Assembly: GCF_006345805.1 (NCBI RefSeq)
Contig: NC_043000.1
Location: forward strand, 34,162,001 to 34,226,000
Direction: 5' to 3'
Length of the DNA: 64,000 bases
DNA from: Octopus sinensis
Taxonomy: Eukaryota
Under the pieces are notes generated by a model. That model had not been told where the DNA came from and did not search any database. It worked only from the letters and a program-made list of their open reading frames with translations. The number at the start of each line of letters is the position of its first letter. The first letter of the stretch is position 1. Both the position numbers and the translations under genes were made by a program. Of the stretch, positions 25,684 through 38,394 are shown piece after piece.

Positions 25684-25684
<1 letters not shown>
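24757..25684 (+). mobile_element. Second, divergent R4/Dong-family 3' fragment
   Basis: MHGHF, KPETEG.LCAAQEQALRT, ETVWHI, KEYKRRQDNIARIVHW, KILWDFMIQC, LDIVLIEK, IDIACPAD, IVGALGTV. It lies between two (TAA)n arrays. Confidence 0.85.
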
Positions 25685-25757
<73 letters not shown>

Positions 25758-26232
25758 TAATAATAACAACAACAACAACAACAATAATGATAATAATAAC
25801 AACAACAACATACAAAGATCTATTGTATAACTTTTATTTTCTAACATTGAAATATATAAAAGAATAAAGTTAGATATAATGAAAAATCCATGAAATGTAA
25901 ATTAAGGAATATATTGATATATATGAAATATTGGGGAGATATTTATTTTACCACATTATTAGATCTGATAGCCGTTACTACATTGTTAGAGAATATATAT
26001 GGAATATACAACCAGTATACGACCCAGTATAGTACGTTATACATCCATTGTTATACGTATGAATTATTTAACTACATCAATGTGCAATTCACCGTATGTA
26101 ACATTTCGTATAAAAATATCTAAACAGTTAAGTACACACAAAGTGCCTCACACAACGCAGTTCATACACACACACACACGCACGCACGGACGCATGCGCA
26201 CGCATACACGCATTTATCTACTTATTTATTTG

Positions 26233-26264
<32 letters not shown>

Positions 26265-26300
26265 TGTATGTATACATAGCTAGCTAGCTAGCTAGCTAGC

Positions 26301-26425
<125 letters not shown>

Positions 26426-26785
26426 TAGAGAGAGGTGGGACCTGAAGCAACTTCCGTTTTATGTTTCCACTCTAATGTTCAGGAATTCTTGAATTACTTA
26501 GAAGTTCGTTTAAGATTACTCTCTGTTCAAATTCCTAGAAACAAGTGGAAAAACCTGGTCAAAAAGTAGCCACAAACACTAATAGAGCTAAAAACACACT
26601 CACGTACACATATATGTGTGTAAACATATGTGTGTGTGAGTGTGCGTGTTTGTATGTATGTATATATAATACACTCACAAACACACACACACACATACAC
26701 ACACACATATATATAATGTATGTATCTATGCATGTAACTTTGATAACTTTGATAGGCTTCGGCCAATATATATCTATATATATAT

Positions 26786-26866
<81 letters not shown>

Positions 26867-26946
26867 CATACATATATATATATATATATAATACATATAT
26901 ATACATATATACATGTATTTTTATGTATATGTATATATATGTATAT

Positions 26947-26993
<47 letters not shown>

Positions 26994-27152
26994 ATGTGTG
27001 TGTGGTGTGTGTATATTATCCAAATTTTATGGTATTAAGTATCCGTCACGGCTGGATACTTAATACTATAAAATTCGGATAATATAGCAATTCTACTTAC
27101 AGTCATACGAGTGCATCTTCTCCCTGACTCTTAGACGACTCCTATGTATCTA

Positions 27153-27207
<55 letters not shown>

Positions 27208-27604
27208 ATATATATATATATATAAGTGTGTGTGTGTGTGTGTGTGTATACATACATGCATACATATTTAACCGAGATTTTCGTGCGTTAACACTTATGA
27301 AACTAGTTACAGTTCCAGTGGTCTTTACTTTATATTTCGGTGATAATAGTATTTCCCTGGATAGTTCTGGAACAAATTAGAAAACCAATTACAATGTCAC
27401 GGGGATTATTCATATTTTTCAAATAGTTTGCCCCTTATATCGTTCAATAAGTAAATACATAAATAAATAAATGAGGAAAATTTGTGCGTACTTCTACACA
27501 CATAAATGAGTGTTAGTAAATATAAATACAGTATACATATATGCTTATATCCATTCACGCTCGTGTATACATAATTATGGATTCCCATACACACGCACGC
27601 TCAT

Positions 27605-27644
<40 letters not shown>

Positions 27645-28074
27645 CACACACACCATATATATATATATATATATATACACATACACACATGTATAGATAT
27701 ATCTGTAAAGTAATACACTTACACGAGAGCAGAATAAAACAAGTGTTTCGCTTAAAGTTTTTATCATGTCGTTATTAATTACATAGCTTTTACACGTGTT
27801 CCTGGTATGTTAGGCGTAATCGTTACATAGATGATTGCGTAATCACCTGTCCTTCAGAATAAAAATAACAACTCAATTCATTATTAATAAACAACCTCAA
27901 TTGGCAGGCAGAGCTAAATGAGAACTAGCAATTCACCCTTTTCTCTGTCAATCAACATTTTACTCTGCCTGAGGTTGCTAACAATGGAGTCAATTATTTT
28001 CTTCTGAAGATCTGGTGTCCTAAAGTAATTGTGCAACCGTCAATGTGTATGTGTATGTATGTGTATGTGTGTGT

Positions 28075-28295
28075 ATGTTTGTGTCTGTATTTGTTCACCA
28101 CAACCTCTTCACAACCTACGTTGGTTTTTTTATGTCCCTGTAAATTAGAGGTTTGACAAAAGAGATCGATAGACTAAGTACCGGTCTTTAAAAAGTACTA
28201 GGGTCGATTCGTTCAACTAAAAATTCTTCACTTCAAGGCGCTACTCCAGCATGGCCGTAATCTAATAACTGAAGCAAGTAAAGATAAATGATAGA
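28075..28295 (+). mobile_element. SINE family A tail, decayed
   Basis: ...AAAAGAGATCGATAGACTAAGTAC...AAGGCGCTACTCCAGCATGGCCG...ACTGAAGCAAGTAAA. Confidence 0.75.
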
Positions 28296-29208
28296 TAAAA
28301 TTCATTCTAATATTATTATGAAGGTAGAGATGCAGGTGCTGACCTCTAACAATAAAAGAGGGTTGGAAGTGGCGAAATTGGTCAGGTTTATGGTCGTAAG
28401 TTATGGTCGTAAGTTAAACAGTACCAGCATCAGGTGATTCAGGGTTATCTGAATTTTTGTGTGAAATTACCCATTATTCCCCACGTTGTTCAGGGGGGAG
28501 CCTTTCTTGTCCTTATGTTGATGTTGTTATTGTTATTTACTGCTGTGTATGTTGACTTTATTGATTTGTTCATCTCAAAATTCGAACAAAAATGAAACTC
28601 AAAGCTGTGTATCAGTTTAGATGTAAGTTTACGACGTAGGTTTTCGACGGGGATTTCCGACGTAGGTTTACGGTGTGGATTCCCGACGAAGGTTTACGAC
28701 GCAAGCTTGTGAAAGAAAAACTATATAAGCATACCAGAAGCATATAGCCGACTAAAAATGAATTGGAACTGGAAATATCAATGAGAATGCCATTCAGTGT
28801 AGAACTATGGCAAAGCCAATTGGAACGTCTTAGGTAATTGCGACAATTAAAGCTAAAGAGTAACGCTAAAATATTTCTCTTTTATACAGTTCAGTCTTTA
28901 TCAGTAATAAAGTATAAAGGTATATGAGTAAAGTATAAAAGTAGACAGTTTGAAAGCAAAGACCACCGGAATGATAATACCTGGCGGTTGGTGTTTGCCT
29001 TTGTATAATTCCGTGAGGTACCAATATTCTTCAATTAGAGAACGAAATCATCATCATGATCATCAACAACAACAGCAAAATCATTATCACCAATAATATA
29101 AACATCTAAACTTGATATATATATATATATATATATATATGTGGGGGGGGGGGGTTAGACAGTCAGAGACATACAGACAGACAGATAGACAGTTAGATAA
29201 ATGGATAG

Positions 29209-29294
<86 letters not shown>

Positions 29295-29950
29295 GTGTTT
29301 GCGTATAGTAAAGGAGTATAACTGATATAATTGACCCTAGTAAATTACTGATAGTATTTCATCGATCCTGAGGTAGGCCATAGTTGGGCTATACTTCAGA
29401 TGTAAAGGCATAAATAACTGGGAATTAAAAGAAAGCAAAATAACAGGAAATATAAATTTGGAAATAACAGACTGTGACCTTCTTAGATAAGTTGCTCTTG
29501 AACCTTCCCTCTTTGCACGACAGAAAAATGCATAACCACACAAAGAATACACTAAACAAGAGAAGTGAAATAATGTCACATTGCAGGCACTAAGAGAAAT
29601 TCATCTTCAAAAGTGGTCTGAACTCTAAACAGGATAAGACACATACTGGAACAGAGACAAAGGTGGGGAACGAAAGAGAAGGGGAAGAAACCACAACAAT
29701 CGAACCGCAGCAGTGGGCCTAAGTTAAACACAAGCTACACAACACTGAAACTCATGCAAGTACAAATACAAACAAGCTTTAAACAAAGTATACTTTGTCA
29801 CACAAATAATCAAGTGTACTAAACTAAACAGGTAAAAAATAAAGGTGTTGGCCATAATGCACATGCCACACACATTCATATATATATATATATATATTAT
29901 ATAATATATATATATATATATATACTTTATTAAAAAGCAGCAAAAATATC

Positions 29951-30000
29951 ACAAAACTGTTACTCAGAGTTTCACGTTCCCGTTCGTCGGACAGTTTTGT
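29951..30000 (-). ncRNA. Type I hammerhead ribozyme fold (U4C core variant)
   Basis: Minus strand ACAAAACTGT-CCGACGA-ACG-GGAA-CGT-GAAA-CTC-T-GAG-TA-ACAGTTTTGT: perfect 10-bp stem I, 3-bp stem II with a GNRA loop, near-palindromic stem III, and a GUA cleavage triplet. Confidence 0.75.
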
Positions 30001-30728
30001 TTTATATACAATACATACATACATACACACATATATACATACATACATACATACATACATACATACATACATACATACATACATACATACATACATACAT
30101 ACATACATACATACATACGTATGTATTACATTAGCAATAAGTTTTAGAGGAAGCCTCACTCTGACTTAAATATATTCTGAATATTTCAGCCATAATCAGT
30201 CAGCTAAAAGAAATGTTTCCACAAATGTATAAAGCCAGATATTCACATTCACCCCAAAGAATTGCAGTCCAGAAAGCATCATTGCAAAAGGAAATAGGGA
30301 GCGTGTGTATTTCGAAATGGACAGTTGATAATATCAACTCAAAAATCTCTACGCGTTGACTAAAATAAAAGGAAAAAAAAAACGTTTCAATCATAAATAG
30401 TCAACCATGATATATACTCATCAACAAGCGAATGAAAACCAGATTGTCACACGTATACACCCACCCACACACACACACATTCAAGCTCACGCACAACCAT
30501 ACGAAGAATTGTAATTCAATAGGACAAGTTCTCGTTGAAATAAACTAAAATCTTTAGCGTCAAAATAAATAAATAATCTTAACGAAAATTGGACACTAAA
30601 CCCGGCCAAGTTGGAGCATATCTGTTTGAATATCCGCCAATATATTACAGGTAGGTATTTAAATGAATCTATTAAGACCTTCAATCAACCCAACGAGCTT
30701 ATGTACGATGAACGTCAAGGTATATATA

Positions 30729-30795
<67 letters not shown>

Positions 30796-30987
30796 TATAT
30801 ATACTTAAAAGTACAAAGTGAGATAGGGTTATGAGTGTAACCCACTATGGGTATCAGTTATCCAATATACTACTGGTGAAGCACCCAAAAGGCAAATACA
30901 GAAATGCTTATAATTGCAATGCAATTAATTCATTTATTGTATTATATGGGCGAAGGTAAAATATTTTACCTCAAATTCATAATACAA

Positions 30988-31073
30988 ATAAGAAAATGGA
31001 GGAACAGATTCATTTCAGTCACCGACTTCTGTAAGTCGATGATTGAAATGAATCTGTTCCTCCATTTTCTTAT
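30988..31073. repeat. Hairpin with 41-bp arms (2 mismatches, 4-nt loop)
   Basis: ATAAGAAAATGGAGGAACAGATTCATTTCAGTCACCGACTT-ctgt-AAGTCGATGATTGAAATGAATCTGTTCCTCCATTTTCTTAT. Confidence 0.92.
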
Positions 31074-31123
31074 AAAACCTTCGAACAGAGATTGTCAGAA
31101 GCGACACCTACTGGTCTGGCTAC

Positions 31124-31165
31124 GCTGCATTGAAAAGGGGCAATACCCCGAAACGCATCTGTAGC
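31124..31165 (+). ncRNA. Minimal type I hammerhead, copy 1 (U3/A8 core; G16.2 changed to A)
   Basis: GCTGCA-TTGAAAA-GGGG-CAATA-CCCC-GAAA-CGC-ATC-TGTAGC. Confidence 0.62.
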
Positions 31166-31481
31166 TGCCGGTCAAGTAGGTGGAGCGACTCGGACCTCCC
31201 TTGTTCGAAGGTTATATGGATACAGTTTGTGTATCAAATAGCTAACTTAAGCGATGGCCTCATGGAGCTAATAAGCGGACAGCTTTATTCTTATTTTTAT
31301 AAGAATGCCAATTAGTATGGCGATAACTATTATTTTCCGGGAACGCTGCCGTTGTTCTCTTTTAGAGAGACTTAGTAATTTTAATATTTCTATTATTGAA
31401 AACAAGTGGATGTATTCCACGAAGCTAGGTAAATAAAACCTTCGAACAGAGATTGTCAGAAGCGACACTTGGTCTGGCTAC

Positions 31482-31522
31482 GCTGCATTGAAAAGGGGCA
31501 TACCCCGAAACGCGTCTGTAGC
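31482..31522 (+). ncRNA. Minimal type I hammerhead, copy 2 (U3/A8 core; GUC site)
   Basis: GCTGCA-TTGAAAA-GGGG-CATA-CCCC-GAAA-CGC-GTC-TGTAGC: 6-bp stem I, 4-bp stem II, palindromic ACGCGT stem III. Confidence 0.72.
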
Positions 31523-32282
31523 TGCCGGTCAAGTAGTGTGGAGCGACTGACCTCCCTTTTGTTCGAAGGTTATATGGATACAGTTTGTGTATCAAATAGC
31601 TAACTTAAGGCGATGGCTCATGGAGCTAATAAGCGGACAGTTTTATTCTTATTTTTATAAGAATGCCATATTAGTATGGCGATAACTATTATTTTCCGGG
31701 AACGTTGCCGTTGTTCTCTTTTAGAGAGACTTAGTAATTTTAATATTTCTATTATATATATATAATCACATCATTGCGTCCTACTTTGTATAATACTCCT
31801 GCCCGCCTATCAGAAGCTAAAATATCAATACTACTTGACTTATATTCATTTCTACTCTAGGCACAAGGCCCAACTAATACTTAATTTATCGACCCCAAAA
31901 GGATGAAAGGCAAAATCAGAACGTAAAGACAGGCGAAATACCGCTAAGCATTTCGCCGCCTACTTGACTGATATTCATTCAACATTGGAACATTTTTAAT
32001 TGCACACAGTATATCACTGGTATGACCCAGAAATAAGGCTGATCGAAGCAGATTAGTGTTCAGAATGCAAACAGGGTTTATAATACCATACACCCGATTA
32101 CTGCGCTACATGGCTGCTTCTGTAATTTCCTTCACCGCCAAGCAGCAGACATTGCAAGAGCAAACATTCAAATGTATTCATACAGCTATCGTACATTTAT
32201 CGTATGTACGTATGAATGTATGTATGTATGAAGTGTGTGTATATGTATATATATGTATATATATATATATATATTATATATC

Positions 32283-32318
<36 letters not shown>

Positions 32319-32616
32319 ATATATACATATATATATACATATATACATTTATACATATATACATATACACATACAAATAAATATAAATGTATATATAATA
32401 CACACATACAACATATATATATGTATATGTATATATACATACATAAGTACATACATACATGTATATATATATATAATATATATATATATTATATATATAT
32501 ATGTATATATGCATGCACATACATACATACATACATACATATATACATACATACATGCATACATACATACATTCTTACGTACGTACATACATACATACAT
32601 ACATACATACATACCT

Positions 32617-32647
<31 letters not shown>

Positions 32648-32652
32648 CATAC

Positions 32653-32985
32653 ATGATGGCTGCCCCCTAGTTATCGAGTATGGCCACTGCACGAAGCTTA
32701 AGTGTTATTGGTGCTGTGATCGAATGTGACTTTTTAGCCCAGCTAAAGATCTACAATGTCTTGTACAGAATTGGCAACTAAAACCTTTACCGGTAATAAC
32801 CGGCTGTAGTTGTAACTGGGCTTTGTGTACCCATGCATGTCATTTAAGTCCTCCTGCCGAATTACACTCTCTTCCACATGCCTGACAGATATGATTAGTA
32901 TGGTGTGTAACACCAACACCAGTGGCCAGGTTGTCACTCATCTGACTCGCTTTATGACTACGAAGATGACTCTTCGCCAGAGCCG
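32653..32985 (-). mobile_element. Second copy of the RTE zinc-finger 3' end
   Basis: Aligns with 16902-17215. The third finger is intact here (CQFCTRHCRSLAGLKSHIRSQH*). Same (ATGT)n tail. Confidence 0.8.
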
Positions 32986-33129
32986 GTTTGATATGTACCT
33001 AGTTAACCTGGTTTAAAAAAAAAACGATCACATTCTAGGCTACAGTACGTAGTGAGGTATAGTGTATAGCACTAACTTTTTTATGTGGAAGTTTCCCCAG
33101 TAGGTATATCATAACCACTTAAGTAAGTT

Positions 33130-34344
33130 TATTTTGTTTTTTTGTGAAGCAAGAGTAATGTTTTCTTGTTTTTGTTCGAGAGTGACGACCTGTCACTTTT
33201 AAACAATTTGAAGAAGGTATTGTTTCTGCTTTTCATCATTGGTTATCAGCTTGTTTTATTTCTCCATCAGTCGTACGCCTTTTTCCACAACGTTTGAGTC
33301 CATATGAGTCCGTTTTCCACACTTTGAGTCCATATGCGATATATCTTGCATTCGCATAACTTTCATCATCATTCCATTCTTCAGCATTTTTCAAGAAAAG
33401 TGCAAGGCACTTCTAGGATTTCAAAGAATCTTTTTGTGTTGGCAGTAACGAAATCCTGAAGTTGTTTCTGCCCAGTTGATTTAGGATTTATTGGTGCTCG
33501 TTTGCTCGGTTTTCAGTCAACTGGCTTCTGCAGAGCATGCTTCATTTTGTTTATTGTCTCATGCGAAACAACTGAATCAAAAGATGCAAGCGCCACAAGC
33601 TCCTCAGAGAGGTACCACAAATGTCTCAAGAACGTATTGAGTGCAGCACTTACAATCTTGTCATCCTTTTGCTTGTAGAACTGCAGACTTTGCACAATAT
33701 GCAAATCTGAACGGGGGGTGCGCATGAGGGTATGGATGCCCGGCACCACGATCTGATGTATATCAAAGCTGAAAAGCAGCAAACATCTCTCAATCCTTTT
33801 TCCACTCTCTCAGTTAGGTTAAGCTGAGATTTAAACGTCCAAATTTTAATGCAGTAAATTAGCTTGGCCATCCATCGTGCTCTGTGATAAGCTCCGGGTG
33901 TTTTAAAGCTGATTCCTGACTTGGGGGTACTACCGAAGAAAATGAGCGTTAGCTTGAGCAATTTCTTGTAGTCATCACGAGGCTGCTGGTCATCAAGCTG
34001 AGCTTGAACAAATTGAATGATTTCTTCATCATCTGAGATTTTCTCTGCAATGCTAGGGTCATCTGTTGCTGTTTGGTAATTGTTCTTGCCAATTTCTACC
34101 CACTTTGATTTGAATCGCTTTAGAAGTTGTATATCAGGGCCAGTAGAAGATGACAAGGAGACAGAAATGTACAATAAATGCAAACTGAGAAATAACAATA
34201 TACAAAATGTTCAGTGGATGGTAGCAACCTCTAAAAAGTCTTAAACTGTACTGAAATTTTGCATGTTCACTTTTTCCACTAAATTAACTAATTAGAGGGC
34301 GTCTTCAAGTTTTTGAAATGACAAGTTATTTTGCACCACCCTAA
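33130..34344 (-). mobile_element. DNA transposon relic, hATm-like; one terminus plus the C-terminal half of a transposase
   Basis: Minus-strand terminus TTAGGGTGGTGCAAAA. Peptides GPDIQLLKRFK..W, PRDDYKKLL.L, PGAYHRARWMAK.IY..KI, LRHLWYLSEELV.LA.FD, EKGV.L...ITNDEKQKQYLLQIV. The superfamily assignment is from recollection of these motifs. The opposite TIR was not found. Confidence 0.65.
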
Positions 34345-34379
34345 TGTATATATACATACATACATATACACACACACAC

Positions 34380-34421
<42 letters not shown>

Positions 34422-35294
34422 ATATATATACATATATATTATTTACATACATATATATATATATAATATCACACACATATATATATATACATATATATAA
34501 CAGTAATGTGTTTTAGAGTGTGCTTCTTTTTCGGATATGTCAACTACTGACGATGTGTGTATGTTGTTGTTGATTGCTTTAATGCGACACCCGTCAACAG
34601 ATGTATTAGATTTCATGTTTAGATCGACATTCTATTTCTGTATCCGTATTGCGCTGTAATAATATATACCAAACAAAACTAGGCTAGATTATCAAAAACG
34701 TGTATTCCATAATTTTGGGATAATGACAAAACAATTATCAGTATTTCTAACACATTTAAAAATACGTACGTTTCAATTGCTTATGCGACGAATGCTTCCG
34801 TAATTATCCACTTTCCAATTGATTTTCTCTCATCAACCAAATATAAAACTAGTTATGCATACACACATGCATACATATAGACATACATACATGTGCACTC
34901 ACACACAACATGCAAGTATGTGCAAAAGCAATGTTAACTATAAGAAGATAAAAAGAACTGCAAATGTTCCTACATCAAACACTTATGAAAGATATTCAGT
35001 ATATTTATAGAGAAACATTAGTCTAGATAGCGTGTAAAATATTTCACAGACAAATTTATTATGTTTCCTTCCTTCCCCAAATTCGTACGCCTGTTGGCGC
35101 AAATTGTATTCGTCACACCATAGCTACCTGCAGTTTCACACCAGGTACTCGCTCACGTTACCTCGAAAAACACCATCGACTTCCCAAATTTAGTAAAGTC
35201 ATCGCCCGCGTACTTATACATCTATATATATAAAAGCACACACACACACATACACACAAAAACTGAATAATGACATACATACATGCATATATAT

Positions 35295-35332
<38 letters not shown>

Positions 35333-35364
35333 GGGCAGACAGACAGACATACAGATAGACAGAC

Positions 35365-35411
<47 letters not shown>

Positions 35412-35824
35412 AAGATAGAGAGAGAGAGATAAAAGTTCAGGTGTCAAGTGAATCAGGTCCATAGATAGTGAAGCCCAAAGGTCAGGCCAGTGAAATCGTT
35501 ATCGCGTGCAAAACAAAATTTGAGGAACAACTACATAGTGAAGTAAACGCGAATTATATTTCAGTAGCATAAACAATCACAAGCGAGCAGTTGAAACGGC
35601 GCTTACTTGGGAATTTAAGATTTTGAATTTTGAATTGTTTAATTCGTACACATATTCGCATATATATTCATTTTTCGTTCATGTGGTGTAATAATTCTAT
35701 TGATCAATAAGAAACATGTCTGAAACAGCTGTAGGGAAAGAATCACAATCCATCTGTTGTTATACATTCATACATGCATATATATATATATATATATATA
35801 CATACATACATGTATATATATATA

Positions 35825-35856
<32 letters not shown>

Positions 35857-35903
35857 GTATTATATATATATATATATTATATATAATATATATATATATA
35901 TAT

Positions 35904-36010
35904 AGTGGAGGCGCAATGGCCTAGTGGTTAGGGCAGCGGACTTGCGGTCGGAGGATCGCGGTTTCGATTCCCAGACCGGGCGTTGTGTGTGTTTATTGAG
36001 CGAAAAAACA
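35904..36010 (+). mobile_element. tRNA-derived SINE family C, head only
   Basis: GTGGAGGCGCAATGGCCTAGTGGTTAGGGCAGCGGACTTGCGGTCG..GGTTTCGATTCCC, matching 41437-41540. Confidence 0.85.
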
Positions 36011-36107
36011 GTTCATAATGTCTATGTATATGTATATATATATATAAATACATATATATGCATATACATATATATATATATAATATATTATATATATATA
36101 TATATAT

Positions 36108-36143
<36 letters not shown>

Positions 36144-36214
36144 GTGTGTGTGTGTGTGTGTGTGTGTAGAAGGTTAAAAAGAAACCACATGAGTTGAGAT
36201 GTATAAGGTAAAAA

Positions 36215-36472
36215 AAGTCAAGGTAGAAAATGCTAAAATAATTTTATCGTAATAACATTTTAGTACCGGTTTCAGTCATTGAGACTTTTTCAACTCTAAG
36301 TATGGAAAACAATGAAATTTTGGAAAGATTAAATGAAAAAATGTTTTTAAAGAATAAGGGGCATTTTCCTTGTTTCTGCCTGTCTCTGTCTCTCTTGTTT
36401 ACTTTTGTGGGTTCGAGGTCGTTGGGAATTCTTGTCAGAGAAGAAGGATAATGATAATAATAATAATAATAA

Positions 36473-36503
<31 letters not shown>

Positions 36504-36521
36504 TAATAATAATAATAATAA

Positions 36522-36552
<31 letters not shown>

Positions 36553-36718
36553 AAGAAGAAGAAGAAGAAACAAGGAAAATGCAAATATTCTTTTAAAAAA
36601 CTTTTCATTTAATTTTTCAAAAATTTGATTGTTTGAAAAAGTTGAAAAAGTCTGTATGACTGAAACCGGTACTAAAATTTTCATGATAAAATTATTTTAG
36701 CATCTTCTACCTTGACTT
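36215..36718. repeat. Inverted repeat pair of about 160 bp enclosing (TAA)n(GAA)n
   Basis: AAGTCAAGGTAGAAAATGCTAAAATAATTTTATC..TTTTAGTACCGGTTTCAGTCAT..CATTTTCCTTGTTTC (36215-36375) is mirrored at 36566-36718. Confidence 0.85.
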
Positions 36719-38284
36719 GTTTTCTTTATATATATATATATATATATATAGTCAAATGGTTTTACTAATATCACAGCCAAATGATTTCAGTATGATATCT
36801 TTCGTATTATCGCATTGTATGATAATTTTATATAGTCATAAGTTATGGAACACAAAAAATATAAGCAACATTTTCGACAACATCTTTAGCAAAGTTCATT
36901 TATGGAAGTGGAAATTCTAACTACCAATGAAGATTTAATATGCTACAATGTTTACTACTAAAATATGCTACTAATACAGATTTTATTGGGGTTGTAAAAT
37001 GACAGCGGCAGTAAAACAAGTTGACGGACTTTAATTCGGTTGGTTGTAGGTTCGAAATAAAACACCGCTGAATAAATGTTCAATTTCTCATTTCATCCTT
37101 CCCGGATCATCAAAATAAGTCGCTCCTCTTCTGTCAATGTTGGTCTTTGTAACATTGCCAGGAATTATGATATCCTGTGATTTGTCAATCGACAACGTTT
37201 ACAAGAACTCATCGTCTGTTATACACAGTATCTGTTTGTCGCTTATATCGTTAATCAGTAACATAAAATTGAAACTTCTTTACTACTTTCAGCTTTTATT
37301 CAACCTTTTAATAAACAAATATTGTACTTATTACAAATCGGAAGAAGATCTCAAAGCAACACTGATTAATAACCGCACAACAAGCAAGGGAGGCTATCTA
37401 GCTCTATAATGACAGGTCACAATTCACTCTGTCCACATTTTTAATTGAACTACATTACATTGTAGATGGCCATGTTCAACAAATGCCTACGAAACATTAA
37501 TGAAAGATGTAAAAATGCATTTATATATCATAGAACATAATCCTTTAAGGAGAAAGGATTGTTTAGTGTGACTAGAGCCAAAAGGAGGAGAAGTAAAGTT
37601 GGTAGTCGTAAGGGAAGATTCATCATTATTTCTCATCACCTCCTGATGGTCTGCTTCAGAAGAATCCTTTACATTATTCATAGTGGTTGAAGTATGGAGT
37701 TCGGGAGTATTATGAGGCATCATGCATCATTTATTTTGGACGCTCAGTTTAGGCACAGGAATGGAAGGGACATCGCCAAAAGAATAAGGTGTCTTAACGA
37801 TACAGTAGACTCCCTACCATCAGAGAATATGGCATCTGCAAAGTGAGGATTCACATTCAGGAGTTCCACTTCCTTTACTAATGGGTCATGATTAGCCTGA
37901 TGGGTGTGACACTTCAAGAAATACTTTGTTACCGAGAGAAGAGAACTAGGAAGGAATTAACAGCGCAGCTTGAAAATTTATGCTGATATCTAAAAAGATG
38001 TCCATGCGGAGTGCAATTTGTTGAAGTCGAGAAAAGAGAACAGATTAAACGGAGTGGATTAGGAAGAATTCGTTCCTTATCTCAGGGTTTCAAGTATCAC
38101 AGTTTCAAGGCCAGTGATATTGTCCTTCAAATTATTCCATGATATCATTTTCTTTGACCATTCCCTTGTGGATTATAACAATGGAAAATATACTTCGCTG
38201 GTGTAAGAGTTGTCGTAAATCCTTCGCCAGGAAAGATATACTTCGAACAGAAAGAATATACCATGACATTCCAGAAATGGAAGA

Positions 38285-38393
<109 letters not shown>

Positions 38394-38394
38394 A

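Larger units (their letters stand above)
31072..31755 (+). repeat. Tandem repeat of a 361-bp unit (about 1.9 copies), one hammerhead motif per unit; Penelope pseudo-LTR or retrozyme-like
   Basis: ATAAAACCTTCGAACAGAG at 31072 and 31433. The two copies differ mostly by 1-2-nt indels. Confidence 0.85.

Noticed and set aside
37487-37723. 78-aa minus-strand ORF MMPHNTPELH...
   Set aside because: No recognisable domain, no clear splice donor, and the neighbouring frames are closed.
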